In this document: piece after piece, positions 1 through 11,900 of the stretch
Position numbering within the stretch: position 1 is the first letter of the stretch
Layout of the letters: each line of letters begins with the position of its first letter
Source of the DNA: Catajapyx aquilonaris
Taxonomy: Eukaryota
Assembly: GCA_000934665.2 (NCBI GenBank)
Contig: KZ538047.1
Location: forward strand, 1 to 64,000
Direction: 5' to 3'
Length of the DNA stretch: 64,000 nt
Notes under the pieces: model-generated
What the model was told of the DNA's origin: nothing
The model's database searches: none
Seen by the model: only the letters and a program-made list of their open reading frames with translations
Made by a program: the position numbers and the translations under genes

Positions 1-199
1 CAACAACTGGAATACATGGTAACAAGTATCTAAGTACACAAACAAGTGGCCAATAGAATAACAGCCAACATTACATTTCCTTACATTACATTTACATAGG
101 TATGCTGTGAGGTAACCAAGGGCCAACCAAGATGAGGGGGGGTGGGGGGTGGGGGGTTGGTGAGGGGCCCGGGTTCGAACCCCGTTCCTTTCAACTCAC

Positions 200-320
200 T
201 AGTGGAGATCAATGCTGGCAGGAACTTGCTGGCCTCATTCTGCAGTGCCTGGATGGACAGAGCGGGCTTGGCTGCCCTCAGAAGGGCGGAGGTCGATCTC
301 CCCAAAGTGCTCAGCATCAT
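200..320 (-). CDS. ATP5F1B: First coding exon (mitochondrial presequence), probably ATP synthase F1 subunit beta; rest of gene lies left of the window
   Basis: ATG at 320, MMLSTLGRSTSALLRAAKPALSIQALQNEASKFLPALIST + 1 nt, then GTGAGT donor (phase 1). Arg/Lys/Ser/Leu/Ala-rich, almost no acidic residues. Resembles arthropod ATP synthase beta presequences as I recall them; the catalytic part is not in the window, so the name is tentative. Confidence 0.6.
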
Positions 321-389
321 GGCCGGTTACGAGAGGGACGATGATGGAACAGGGAAGGTGGACAAGAAGAAGGGGAGCTGGGGAGGGGG

Positions 390-720
390 GGAGCCAAAAT
401 GGGATAGTGACGTCACAGGCCACCCGGATGTGTGAGGTTGGCACCAATGCAAATCCACGTTCGAATTTTTGTGCATTATAAGTCTAACTACATGCCGATA
501 ATTAATAAAATAATTACAATAGTAAAATATGAACCGGTTTTTATGGGCCAAAAAATGTAGGCGCATAATGGCGGATATTTTCCCGGTTCGTTCGTAAGGT
601 GTCAGCACCATCGCTTTTTTGGAACGGAGATCATCATCATCAGCTGTTCTTTGCACGGATTCTTTAATTCGTTTTTAATTAATTCCAAGGTTAGTTTTAA
701 TCGGGATCACATCCGGCATG
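390..720. promoter_or_regulatory. Bidirectional promoter region between the mitochondrial gene and PEX5
   Basis: Divergent starts at 320 (-) and 933 (+). Palindromic CRE GTGACGTCAC 407-416, ETS-type CCGGATGTG 424-432 and its inverse CACATCCGG 708-716, YY1-like AATGGCGG near 567. Probable PEX5 5'UTR intron 690-912 (AAG|GTTAGT ... TTCTGTAG|). Confidence 0.6.
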
Positions 721-932
721 AAAAATGGGTGTTGAAGGGTTGGGTTTTGCATGGGTTTAATCTCGGGTTCAAAGGGTAGGTGTTTATCATGATTTGATAA
801 CATTGGAACAAAAAATGGGGGAAATGAGCACATCCTTTTTATAGAATAATTCATTTGGGGGTTAATAGGCTGTGTTGAGTACTTTTCATGCTCATTGCGT
901 TGTGTTCTGTAGGATTGTAACGAGACGTAGCG

Positions 933-3900
933 ATGGCGCTTAGGGGGCTGGTGGAAGGCGAGTGCGGGGCACCCAACCCGCTCATGCAGGTCACCTCACA
1001 CTTCACACAGGACAAGGCACTCAGGGATGAGGGGATCGGAGGCCTCTCCAGACTGGAAGGACCTCGTGGCATGGTGGCAGACCCGTCAGAGCAGGTGAGA
1101 AAGGACGCACGTTAAATCCATCACGTCACTGGCATTTTAGTGTAACGCAGCAGAGTTTTGCTTGTCCATCTCTATTGTAGTGCAGTCAGACTAAATTGCT
1201 TGTTGACGTTACAGATTTGTACAAGGCACCTGTGTAAAAATTGGAGGGGCTGCTGGATTAGTTGACGTTTAATTAGGCCAGATAGTAAGTTGAGGAATTG
1301 GGTAGTTGAAATTAGTGCTGCTTTGTATGTTTCTTCTCTGCGCTTGTCCATCTCAGCCCATTTCACTAGCGTGTCACGTGATAAGGCACATTATCTACCA
1401 AACTAGTGTATAGATAATTTTCTCAAGGCAAGAGTTTGTTTTCGAAAGTGCATGTTATTTCCGAGCAAGTAAATGTTGGAAATATATTTGTGAACTGTAG
1501 GCTGCTTCTCTCCTAACCATCGTGCTAGCTGCATGTGTATTTGTAGTGCTTTCCAGGTTTCACTGGACACCTACAAGGGCTGTATTGCATCATAGTGATT
1601 GCAATGTTGTGGCAATCACATAATCTGGGCCAAACCAATCCCAGGAGCACGTACCCATTACCTCTCTCAAGTTACTTATAAATCTTCTGATATTACCTTT
1701 TAGGTTACATGTTATTTCTGAAACTATTTTCTGTCACTAATGAGAGGAATCTCAGATTTCTTCAATTTAGTCTTGTGAATGAGAACTTGGTTTTGTTTCA
1801 GTATGTTAATGAGTTTCTGGATGGAGTTCATGGAAGGTCAGGCCCTCAAACATTTCACATGGGAAACCTCCTCCGAGAAATGGATGAGATTGAATCACGT
1901 TCAACACCTTTTCATGAGCGCTGGGTGAATGAATTTGCTGGGGCACATGGACCTGCTGAGCACTGGAGGAGTGATACAGCTGGAGCACATGTGAGCATGG
2001 AACTGTCTGTTTGGAGGAAACTGCTAGGACTCCAGAATTGAAACACGTTTCTCTATTTCAGGCTCTGAAGGCAGATGAATGGCCAGCTGAATTTCTGAAT
2101 AAAACTAGGGAGACGGCTCTTTTACCATCTCGGGATGGAGAAAAATGGGCATGTGAATATCTGGAGGAATCTGAGGCCCGAATGTAAGTTGGGGAAATTT
2201 TTGAGAAGAATTACGTTTATTTGAAAACCATTTTTCTTTGCAGTGTTGACCAGTGGAAGAATGAGTTTGAACGCGAGAAACTGTCAGCAACTGCAAGGGA
2301 ATTTTCAGACAGTGTGGATGACCCTAAAATATCAGAAACAGAGTTCATGAAGTACATTCGTAAACTAGGAAACGAATCAATCAGCCGTCTTTCTGATGAA
2401 GAGGATGATTGGGGCGAGGAGTTTGCACGTACCTATGGACAAAACTCAGAGAATTCTGGTGGGCAACTTTTGTTATCTGTGAAGATTTCTCAGAAATAAT
2501 CATCAAAGTGATAAATGCCCAAATTTGAAGTAAGGGCTGATTACATTTTGTATTCCTGTCTAGGTGCAGTTATTGAAATATGTGAATGACATTCAAAGTG
2601 TATGTTTATTATGTGGGAAGGATAAATTGAAAAATTTATATAATTATACTGTGAGCATGCGGAAGTAAGTGAAATACGATTTCATTGGGTAATGCAATAG
2701 TTAGAATCCTTTCTAAAATGGGATATAGAAGGGTAATTCCCTTGCAGCGTTCTGTTCCTGCTCAGATCTGATAGCTTGTGAGTGTGTTCCAGAGAGGCTA
2801 CGACCATCAGACCGGGAGTTCTGGAAGCAGCTGGAGGAGACCTGGCAGAAGGCAGCAGAGGAGGACCATCCCTGGCTGTCCGAGATCAGTGACAGCTTCG
2901 AGCCTTTCAAAGAGTACACGTTTGAGGACAAGAACCCCATGGTGTCCAATCCCAATGCTCTGGAAGAAGGGAAGAAGAAGAGGGAGGAAGGGGACTTACC
3001 CAGCGCAGTCCTTTTGTTTGAAGCTGCAGTCCAGCAGGATTCTAAAAGTGAGGAGGCGTGGTTCCTGCTCGGGACCAGTCAGGCTGAGAATGAGAATGTA
3101 AGTCTTGATGGAGTATGGGGAGAAAAAGATCAGCATAGCTTGACATATCCCTGTTCTATCAAAAAGTGACGCCAGGGGAAATATTTTGAATGCTTTGTAT
3201 AATCGATAAGATAACTTGAGATCAATTTCTCTTGCAGGACCCAGCTGCAATTGCAGCACTGAAGAAGTGCCTGGAGTTGGATCCAAACAACCTGAACGCA
3301 ATCATGACATTAGCTGTCAGCTACACAAATGAGTCGTACCAGAGACATGCTTATGAGGAACTGAAAGACTGGCTTCGTGTCAACCCAAAATACACTCACC
3401 TTGTTGCAGACAGGGTTAAGAAGCGCCAACTTTCAATGAAGCCTGCTGAGTAAGGACGTAAAACTGTTTCCCCAAGATTGCATGATTTTGTGAGCGTACC
3501 TCTGGAATGCAAGTTCACAAATTCTCTGATTGAGAGTTAGAGTCTGGATACTGGATGTAACTTATTCACAGGGTAACTGCTCATGGTAACGTATCTTAAG
3601 TGTTAGATGTAAAGAGAAAGTATCCATTAATTTACCTCCAGTGTCCAGACTAGGGCCCTAAAAGAGTCTTAGGGCGTTATGTGACTACAAGGAATGAAAA
3701 TAAGTGGATAATGGTGGATATTATTTTCAGTTTATTTTTTGCATGGCTTTATTTATAGGGTCATGGGGTGTGAGAATGGGATGTAAACTTTGTTGAGTGA
3801 TCTCAAGGGATATGTGAGATCAATGTGGATGGAAATCTGTGCTCCGCAGGCATCTGTTAACATGGTTTGAAATTTCTGTGACGTTTCTAGAGAGGTGAAT

Positions 3901-4699
3901 CAGGAAGTACAGGATATGTACATTGCGGCTGCCCGGATGAACTCTTTGAATGACATTGATCCTGATGTTCAGTGCGGCTTGGGTGTGATTTTCAACCTGG
4001 GCCAAGAATATGACAAAGCAGTTGATTGTTTCCAGGCAGGACTTCAAGTTAGGCCTAACGTAAGGAGTTAGGTGCCACAAATTAATTCAGGGGATTTGAC
4101 TTTCGCTGATTTGATGCACATGGTGAAACTTTTTTGCAGGATGCTTTGTTATGGAACAAACTGGGTGCAACTCTGGCCAATGGCAACCGCTCTGAAGAAG
4201 CTGTTGATGCTTATCGTCATGCACTTTCAATTTCACCTGGATTTATTCGCTCTCGTTACAACTTGGGAGTAACCTGCATCAACCTGGAAGCCTACAGGTG
4301 CTGAGGGACATTATCTCTACTTTTCTACTACTGTACTTTTTCCAAGCACACTTACACTCTCTTCTCTGCCTAGGGCCAATAGAAAAGGGATTTACAAGGA
4401 TTTGCTTTTTTATTGCAGGGAGGCTGCAGAACATTTTATGACTGCCATTAACATGCAATCCAAAGGGCAAGGACTGGAAGGGTTTCAGTCGTCTCAACCA
4501 AACATGTCTAACGGAATTTGGATTACTCTGAGGATGGTGCTCTCTTTGTTGGACAGGAGAGATTTACTTGAAGCGGTTGACAACAGGTGATGCCATCTTC
4601 TGTACAGTGCAGTGGTTGTGTTATGGACTAACTAAACTTGCTTTTATCCACAGGGATGTTGCTAGATTGAATCGAGAGTTGGGGATTGATTCTAGCTGA
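933..4699 (+). CDS. PEX5: Peroxisomal targeting signal 1 receptor PEX5, about 581 aa, 10 coding exons
   Basis: Exons 933-1094, 1802-1990, 2062-2183, 2244-2458, 2793-3097, 3238-3449, 3891-4059, 4140-4297, 4419-4586, 4654-4699 (GT-AG, 1746 nt in frame). N-terminus [18 protein letters not shown]...HFTQDKALR with the conserved Cys11; WxxxF/Y motifs (WVNEF, WPAEF, WACEY, WKNEF, WGEEF); TPR domain ([59 protein letters not shown]). Exon 4/5 junction slightly uncertain. Confidence 0.97.
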
Positions 4700-5473
4700 T
4701 GCACGTAAACAGAAAGGAGAAGAGGTGACCATTTACATTTGATCCCAATTTTTACTTTTACTCTGGCTCCCATTCACAATGTATGTCTCTTGTTGGCTGT
4801 ACTATCAGTAGATCAGATTAATAATGATTTGGGTGTACGTTTGTATAAGTGACATGTATGTTAATCATGTTCGTACAATTTTTTTTGTTGCTCAATTTGC
4901 CCTGGATTTATTCAACAAAACGTAATGTGATTTTCTAGAAGTCTATTTTGTAATATTTGGTGAAATAGAGTTTTTTTTCGTTCTTGGCATATTGAATATC
5001 TGTTTATTGATTAATCTGGTTTAAGAAATGTTGTACTTTTAATACATGGCAGTTAAAAATTGTGCTTGCAATATTATTTTGAATGTCACTAATTCCAATA
5101 GTCGTAACTATACGGATGGGATAAAGTTGACTGGTGTGCACTTGAGCGTTCCGACTGCTGCTTCGAGTGAAGGGGACTATTCAGGTTATTGCTTACAACT
5201 TGGCTCAGAAGATAGGAGTAACTTGGGTGAGGGAATCTCCATTATAGGTTGATCCAGTTTGTTGTTCCCCTTTATTTATCACGTGCTGGAAAAGGCAACT
5301 GTTGATATTTATCAACCCAACACATTTCATATTAAGGTATATTTTGTAATCGGATAGTATGAAATGTTGAAATGTCATCAATTTTCCCTCACTATCTCAC
5401 AAAAAAATAATAGCACAGGGTTGAACTTTACCATCACTGTTTCTTCACAAGGTTTGAGAATTGTTCAAAAAAA

Positions 5474-5937
5474 TCAAAGTTGGCCAGCTATGGCCACAAC
5501 AACGATGAAACAAATATGCACAGCAATTGTTCCCGCACTATTGGTCCGGGAGGGCTGTGCACACACCGGCTCCTGGTTCTTGCCTTGAGGCTGGCCCCCA
5601 GGCAAAGATGCTGGACCAGACCTTTCCTGACAGTCAGTCCTGTGTTCCCCCATGCACGCAGCATAAGCAATGGCATGGGCAATGTATGTCTGGTCTACTG
5701 CGCCACGGAAAAGGTGAGACCCTGGTCCGATGGCATAGACCGCGACGTCCTCACCCCCGTGCGTCTCCCAGTGCCTCGGAACCGCTGTCTGCTGCACGTA
5801 GTCCCTGTCCTGTGTGTCCACTCCAGTCAGATTAGGCCGAGTGCCTCCGGGTCCCTCTCGGCTGAAACCAGGTCCGTTGGAGTACAGCAGGGTCGTGTAA
5901 GGCATGTGGTCCACATCAGAAGCATGTGTATCCACAC
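5474..5937 (-). CDS. Alkaline phosphatase exon 8 (last) with GPI-anchor-like tail
   Basis: TTTTTTAG acceptor; [41 protein letters not shown]; ends [22 protein letters not shown] (small residues then a hydrophobic tail). Confidence 0.96.
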
Positions 5938-8900
5938 CTAAAAAACATGCCAGATCAGCATCAGAATCCTTTAATCAATTCCATTCATCAATTTCCCGCG
6001 TGAAGACCACCAGGTGTATTGTAATGAGGCGTGCAAACCAAAAAGCCAAAACCTGCCTAACGTTTGACATTCCGAATTGTTCAGAATCACACGCAATTTA
6101 AAATGCCAAAAGCGTCCTGGAACACTGCAGGCCCAATGTACCAAAAAAAAAGGGTGCCCCCCCNTTTTTTGGCATTTAAATTCCCACCGCTCCAGATAGT
6201 TTTTGAAGCCCTTGTGATCCACAATCATCTGGGGGCACCACAAATTTCACGGTGGACTAAAAGAGCGACTCAACATGGTCAATAACGACAAAAAAAAAAC
6301 CCGAATTATATAAAAATTATAATGTGATCCTGTGATCTGTAAAAAACCTGGAAATGAATTCCAGGCCGGGTATTCCCCCGGATTAAATGGCAAAACTCAA
6401 CTAGGGTTTCCCCCTCTCCTCCCCTGCTGACCTCACAATGGTCCAAAAAAGCTATCTCCCGGATCTTTTGGAAGAGCCCCTTCAATAGAACGCGATTACC
6501 CAACTTCGTAACTGGAAAAGTCTCTCCAGTGATTCCATAGAAATCGTGTGCGGCCGTTGGGGGGGGATATAGCCTTATCCTTTTAAACGGAGCAGGACCT
6601 GGAGAGAGGTCGATGATTCCAGGCTGACGAAGCCTTATTTTTTACTTCAGACTGTACACGGCCTGTTTTTAGTCCAAAAAAAGAGGCTGAAAATATGCAA
6701 ACTTGTTTTTTTTTCTTTCAAAGAACCTTAATTTTTCGAATAGGCCTATATTTCAAAGAGAGTTGCACATTTTCGACGAATTGCGTGTCTCACTTTGCGG
6801 TGCTGCATTTGAGAGCAAAGAACTTTGCACAAAATGCAGGGCTTGAAGGTGAACGCTAAATAATTCATTTTGCTTAACTACATTTCGCCTCGTACTGCAT
6901 CTCTGTGCATTTCCAGAAGCATATTGCATCCACTCCCCCTAAAAAAACCGAGTTCATCACCTTAAAAAAAATACCATCTCCCGATAAAGACATCCGTGCC
7001 CAACAAATCACAAAACCGATTTTTTTTCTTTTTCTGCAGCCCTTGAGCCATTTTGGATCCCAGCCAATTGGAGATGTTCTATCTCCATCGCAAGTTATAG
7101 TATACCTAGACTCTATGCGTTTGCCAATAGACCCAACAGTTTGCTAATTTTATTCACACTCGAAAACTGCATTATTCTAATGTCCTTTTACCTGTGCCTG
7201 GAAGGTGCAAGTTACTCCTTTTGATGTCCTCAACCCATTCGAGGACGCAAAGAAAGTTTCCCCACAAGAGACTCAAGGCACCCCCTCCCCTGGAGCTACA
7301 TGAATTTAACATCATCTCAAGGAGATAGATTCGGTGCATCTCTAGCCCCTAAAGTGCAACCACCTTGTACTTCTCCCGCAATATTTTTATTCCAAAGCGA
7401 AATATGCTTGTGGTTTTGACTTGGGTTTTGAAGCGAAACACACTAGGTGAGATGTCAGAATTCGCAATAAGGCGTCTTATAGGTCAAAGAACTTGCCTTA
7501 TTAGTTTGGCAGATTTATTTTCACGCTCGTAGCAAATTCGCCAAAATCGGTGCAATATTCGAAAAGTTTAATGCTGAGAATCTTGGAAGGCGCGGTTCGA
7601 CATTAAGCAAAGCCGTTTATATGCAATAAAATAAGGGAGTTGCGCGAGGGATAATTTACTGACCATATCGAACGAAGGGTATTATGGGTGTGGGCTTACG
7701 GCTCACATTGTAGCCCGTCTGTCATGTAATAAAATATGAGCGCCTGAGACTGAAATTACAATGAGACTGTAAAATGAGTCTAATGTTGCTTTTTTTTTTT
7801 TGGTCCGCACCGAACAAGGCGGTACTTCATCAAGAGAAGTAGGTAAATTATATGCTGAAATCCTTTTATGGACTTAAAAAAAAAGGGTAAAGTTAGAACT
7901 AACTTGTACACCACACAAAGTTGAAAAACTGAATTGTTCTGCTTTTCGCAAAGTGCAAAGGATTTTCGAGCCTCAGTTTTTGTTGGTGCCTAAACTAACT
8001 TCTGTACTTAATTACTTATTACGCACATACACCACGCTGTAGTTGCAGCCAGAAAAAGTTGCCTCGATTAAACGTATCATCGCGGATTTTCGCCAAACAT
8101 TTTCCCTACCACTTGCACTGTATAATGTAACGCGCCTCTCTAAATTATTTAGACCTGTTGTACAAGTACATTCTTTCTCCCAGATACTTTTTTGAATAAA
8201 GTTTCTTACCTGAATCTGACTTAACGAGGAGTAATTTTTTGTTAAAACTCAAAGTAAAAATTTTTAGGATTGTGTTGATTGTAAATGGAATCATAATTTT
8301 CACTATGAACAGTGCACAGAGTGAGCGAATAATTTGATTTGGGAGTATACACTGCAGCCTCATAAACGATTAAAAAATTCATAAGCTGACCTGCAACAAA
8401 TTATTATTTTCGCAACTCCCATCAGCAGTCGCCACTGTGTGACACAAATTCGTTTATCCTTTGTAACACCCTAGCTGTTTGCGCCCCCCAAAAAACTCTG
8501 CTACTTATGTGCCATCACACTTTATTGTTTGCACCATCAATATGAACATGCAGGGAGATATTTAGACATAAGCTTCTGCCTGGCATGTTAATAAAAATCA
8601 TACAGGGTGGTGCATAGCTACAGTTTTTAGTGTGTTCTTGAACTCTGGAATATATGGACATTGGACCACCCTGCACTTGTAATCCTTGCAACATGTAATG
8701 GCAAGGGCTTTCTATCGCTGATGGACACGCGAAACTATCAGAGTGGTACAAAAAAAAAAAATCCTTCCGCAAGTGAATGGGCCGTAGCCACACATTACTC
8801 GCCTCATCGCTTCGATTCGTCCGACACACATACAGGAAGGGATTCCCACCCCGGGCCCCTTTCACCAACAGGCCCCTGCAAAAAACCCCCCGAGTGCTGC

Positions 8901-11900
8901 AACAGGATTAGGCTCGTGGGCAGAACAAGTCCAGACTCTTTCTCTCTATGCCTACAGCTATAGCTTCAGCTGCCGCCAATTTTGCTGCCATGCGTAGCAA
9001 ATCGAAACCGTCACGAATCGAGAGCAGCGCCTAATGGCCACCCATATTAGTTACATTCCCCCAACAGAGAAAGAGTCGCGACCACTGTGTCCAATGGGGC
9101 TGTTTCAGACCGGATGGGGTGCTCATATGACCCCTGTAACATGACACCACTGAATCCACCAGAACAGGAAAAAGTCGCGAAATTTTGAAAAGATCCGAAA
9201 ATGAGGCCTTTTCATATATTTTTTTCCCCGGTTACTGGAAGTGGTCACAATCCAATAGATAGCAATACTTTGATATCTACCTAAGATGGGGTTGCCCCTG
9301 GGTGTTCCGGTACCTCCGAGTGTGAAGACGTGCGAGTGGTCAGCAGTGACCACCATCAGGGTATCATGTGGATTGACCAACTGAAGAGCCTCCTCCAGTG
9401 CATCCTCCAGCACCAATGTTTCCTCCAGAGCACGATATGCGTTGTTGTAGTGATGAGCATGGTCGATTCGGCCGGCTGGAAATGAAGTAAACCGGCTGTC
9501 TAATAAATTCTGACCTGAGCTCTCTCTCTCAAAAAAAAAGCCGGAAATGGCCACCTTGACAGGGCCCAAAAACCCAACCGGCGTGACAGGTGCCGCAGAA
9601 CCGAGAGAGAGATTCGAAATTATAACTTTTTATTAACGCTCAAAAAACTTTTCCTCTTTCTGGGTTAGGCTGCAGTGAAGCACATTTTGTCGAGAGGAGC
9701 GGGGACCCCACAAAATTTCGATGGGGGGAGGGGGGCTCTAATTCTCTCTCAAATTCACCTTGGGTTTCTGCATAGCTTTTTTTTGCGAGGGTGAAAGGAG
9801 GTTTTTCGCGACCCTACTAAACCCTGAGACTATGACAAAAAAAAAATTAGAGCTAGTCCAGACGTCACTGGTCTTACAAAAACGTATGAGAACTTCTCAT
9901 AATTCAGTGTCACATGCCTGCCATGCAGTCGGATTAGGATATCAAGCTCGCTATTGATTTGTCAGAAAATAATCTGGACCTGAAAAGAAGCTTATATTTG
10001 ACTAGGTTTGGAGCAGTTCGCTATTTTTTTGCGCATTTTTTTTTGCTATTCTCTGGCAAGAGGATTACGCATAGCTCAATGAAAACGCGAAATCGTTATT
10101 CTTCGCCATGCATGCATCGCGAATGTATAATGCGTATTATTAGCGTTGCGGGGTGAAATGAACAGGACGCGCATTGTGTTGACGTGTGCCAAAAATGAGA
10201 CTTATGTGCAAGGTTGTGTAGAGATGATGAAGGCTTTTTTTTATATCCCCCCCCCCCCCTTTCTTTTCAAAAATATATGTTTTTCTTACCTTCGACCATG
10301 AGGAAGAAGCCGTGGGGACTCTTGCGAAGGATTTCCAAAGCCTTTCTGGTCATTTCTCCCAATGATGGATCGCCTGTCGGACCTTTGTCGCGGTCGGCCT
10401 CGAAGCCCAGGTGAGAATAACTGAAAGCACCTGAAACACAATGACAGTTGGGGGGTTTAGCTTAAAAAGCCACAATTTGCAGGCGATTCGAATAGAACGA
10501 AATGGGATTTAGGCGCGTGGCAAGTGGACCAATATTGGCCATCTACGGGCTTTTTGTCATTTAGGTGGCATAGTGGCGAATCCATTAACAGATTTCGAAG
10601 ACACGACCACTGAAGGCGATCGATTTGGAATAATTTTTTTTTCTCCGAGGACCTGTCTGCAGTTGTTATGCAATGCGCAAGTCACTTCAGCACTGCAACT
10701 GTTTAGTGATTTAAAATATTCATGATAAACACTCTCTCGGATAATTGCTTGTGCATGCAATTTATTAATGTCAGAGTTATCAACTCCGCGTTGTAGGTTT
10801 ACCTGCCTTTATATCCGACAGATTTATTAGTAAAATGCGTGGATCACATTTTTTTTTGTCCAGGGCAATAATTTTCATATGGCCACGTTGGCACATGTGG
10901 CTAGCAGATGTGGCCAATGTCAACAGTCTGTCCAACATTCATTAAAAATCTGCACACTGGATGTAACGCAGAGCTATTAGGCTAGGTGGCTGTAAAATTA
11001 TTATCAGTAAGGAATCACCTCAGTGCACGTACACCGACCATACCTACTGCACAGCACAAAATAGGTGTGAGTTTCAGATGGAGTCGACCTAGCAGGGGTA
11101 AGTTTTTACTGTAGTTGCAATGCAGAGAGAAAAATGTGTAAGTTTGGGCTCCAGTATTAAGAATATCGTAACGTGACTTATAATAAATTAACTACGCGCA
11201 TGTTCGTAAGGGCTTCAATATTGGTGAGTTGCAAAGTCTAGAACATCAGTATAAATGATATGAAGTAAACAGGTGGCAGGGTTGTACAGTACTGTACAAG
11301 TACTGTACATCTAGCTGCCCCACTACTAATGAAACCATCACGCTGACAATAATTAGTGAACGTTTCCTGTCTAATGTGACGTACTGCACTGTACAATGGA
11401 AAGGTGAAATGGGATATGTGTACACCATGTTACTAAAAGTGATTTATAAAACACATTAATTAGCACGCGAATAACGTGCAATTCTCTCAATGAGGCAAAC
11501 TACACAACAATCATTGCAAATTGCATAATCTGCCATGATTGCAGCAAATAATAATTGGCTTTTCATTTGAATTTGTCTGTACACGGGACAGGACAGCAAA
11601 GCATGTGCAATTATAGTAAAACTTTTTGCACGTCTGTAAATACCTGAGTTACCACAAGTGCGGCGTACTTATTAACTGAACAGTTAATAGTAATAAGCAG
11701 CAGCATAGTTACGTGAAACTGATGGTGAAACGTTACGCCAACTTCATAGAAAACACCGCTATAGACCCGCAGGCATTACATCTTGCACTGGAGATTTTCA
11801 GACTTGCTGGTCAGAAGAGGCTTGTATAGAAGGCTTAAAGTTAATTAGCCTCCCGTAAAAGAAAATCCTAACGAATACCCCGCAGGGTGTGTGTCGGTGG

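Noticed and set aside
160..186. tRNA B-box-like GGTTCGAACCC
   Set aside because: No A box or cloverleaf around it; not a supportable tRNA or SINE.
5480..5941. 153-aa + strand ORF
   Set aside because: Antisense shadow of ALP exon 8.
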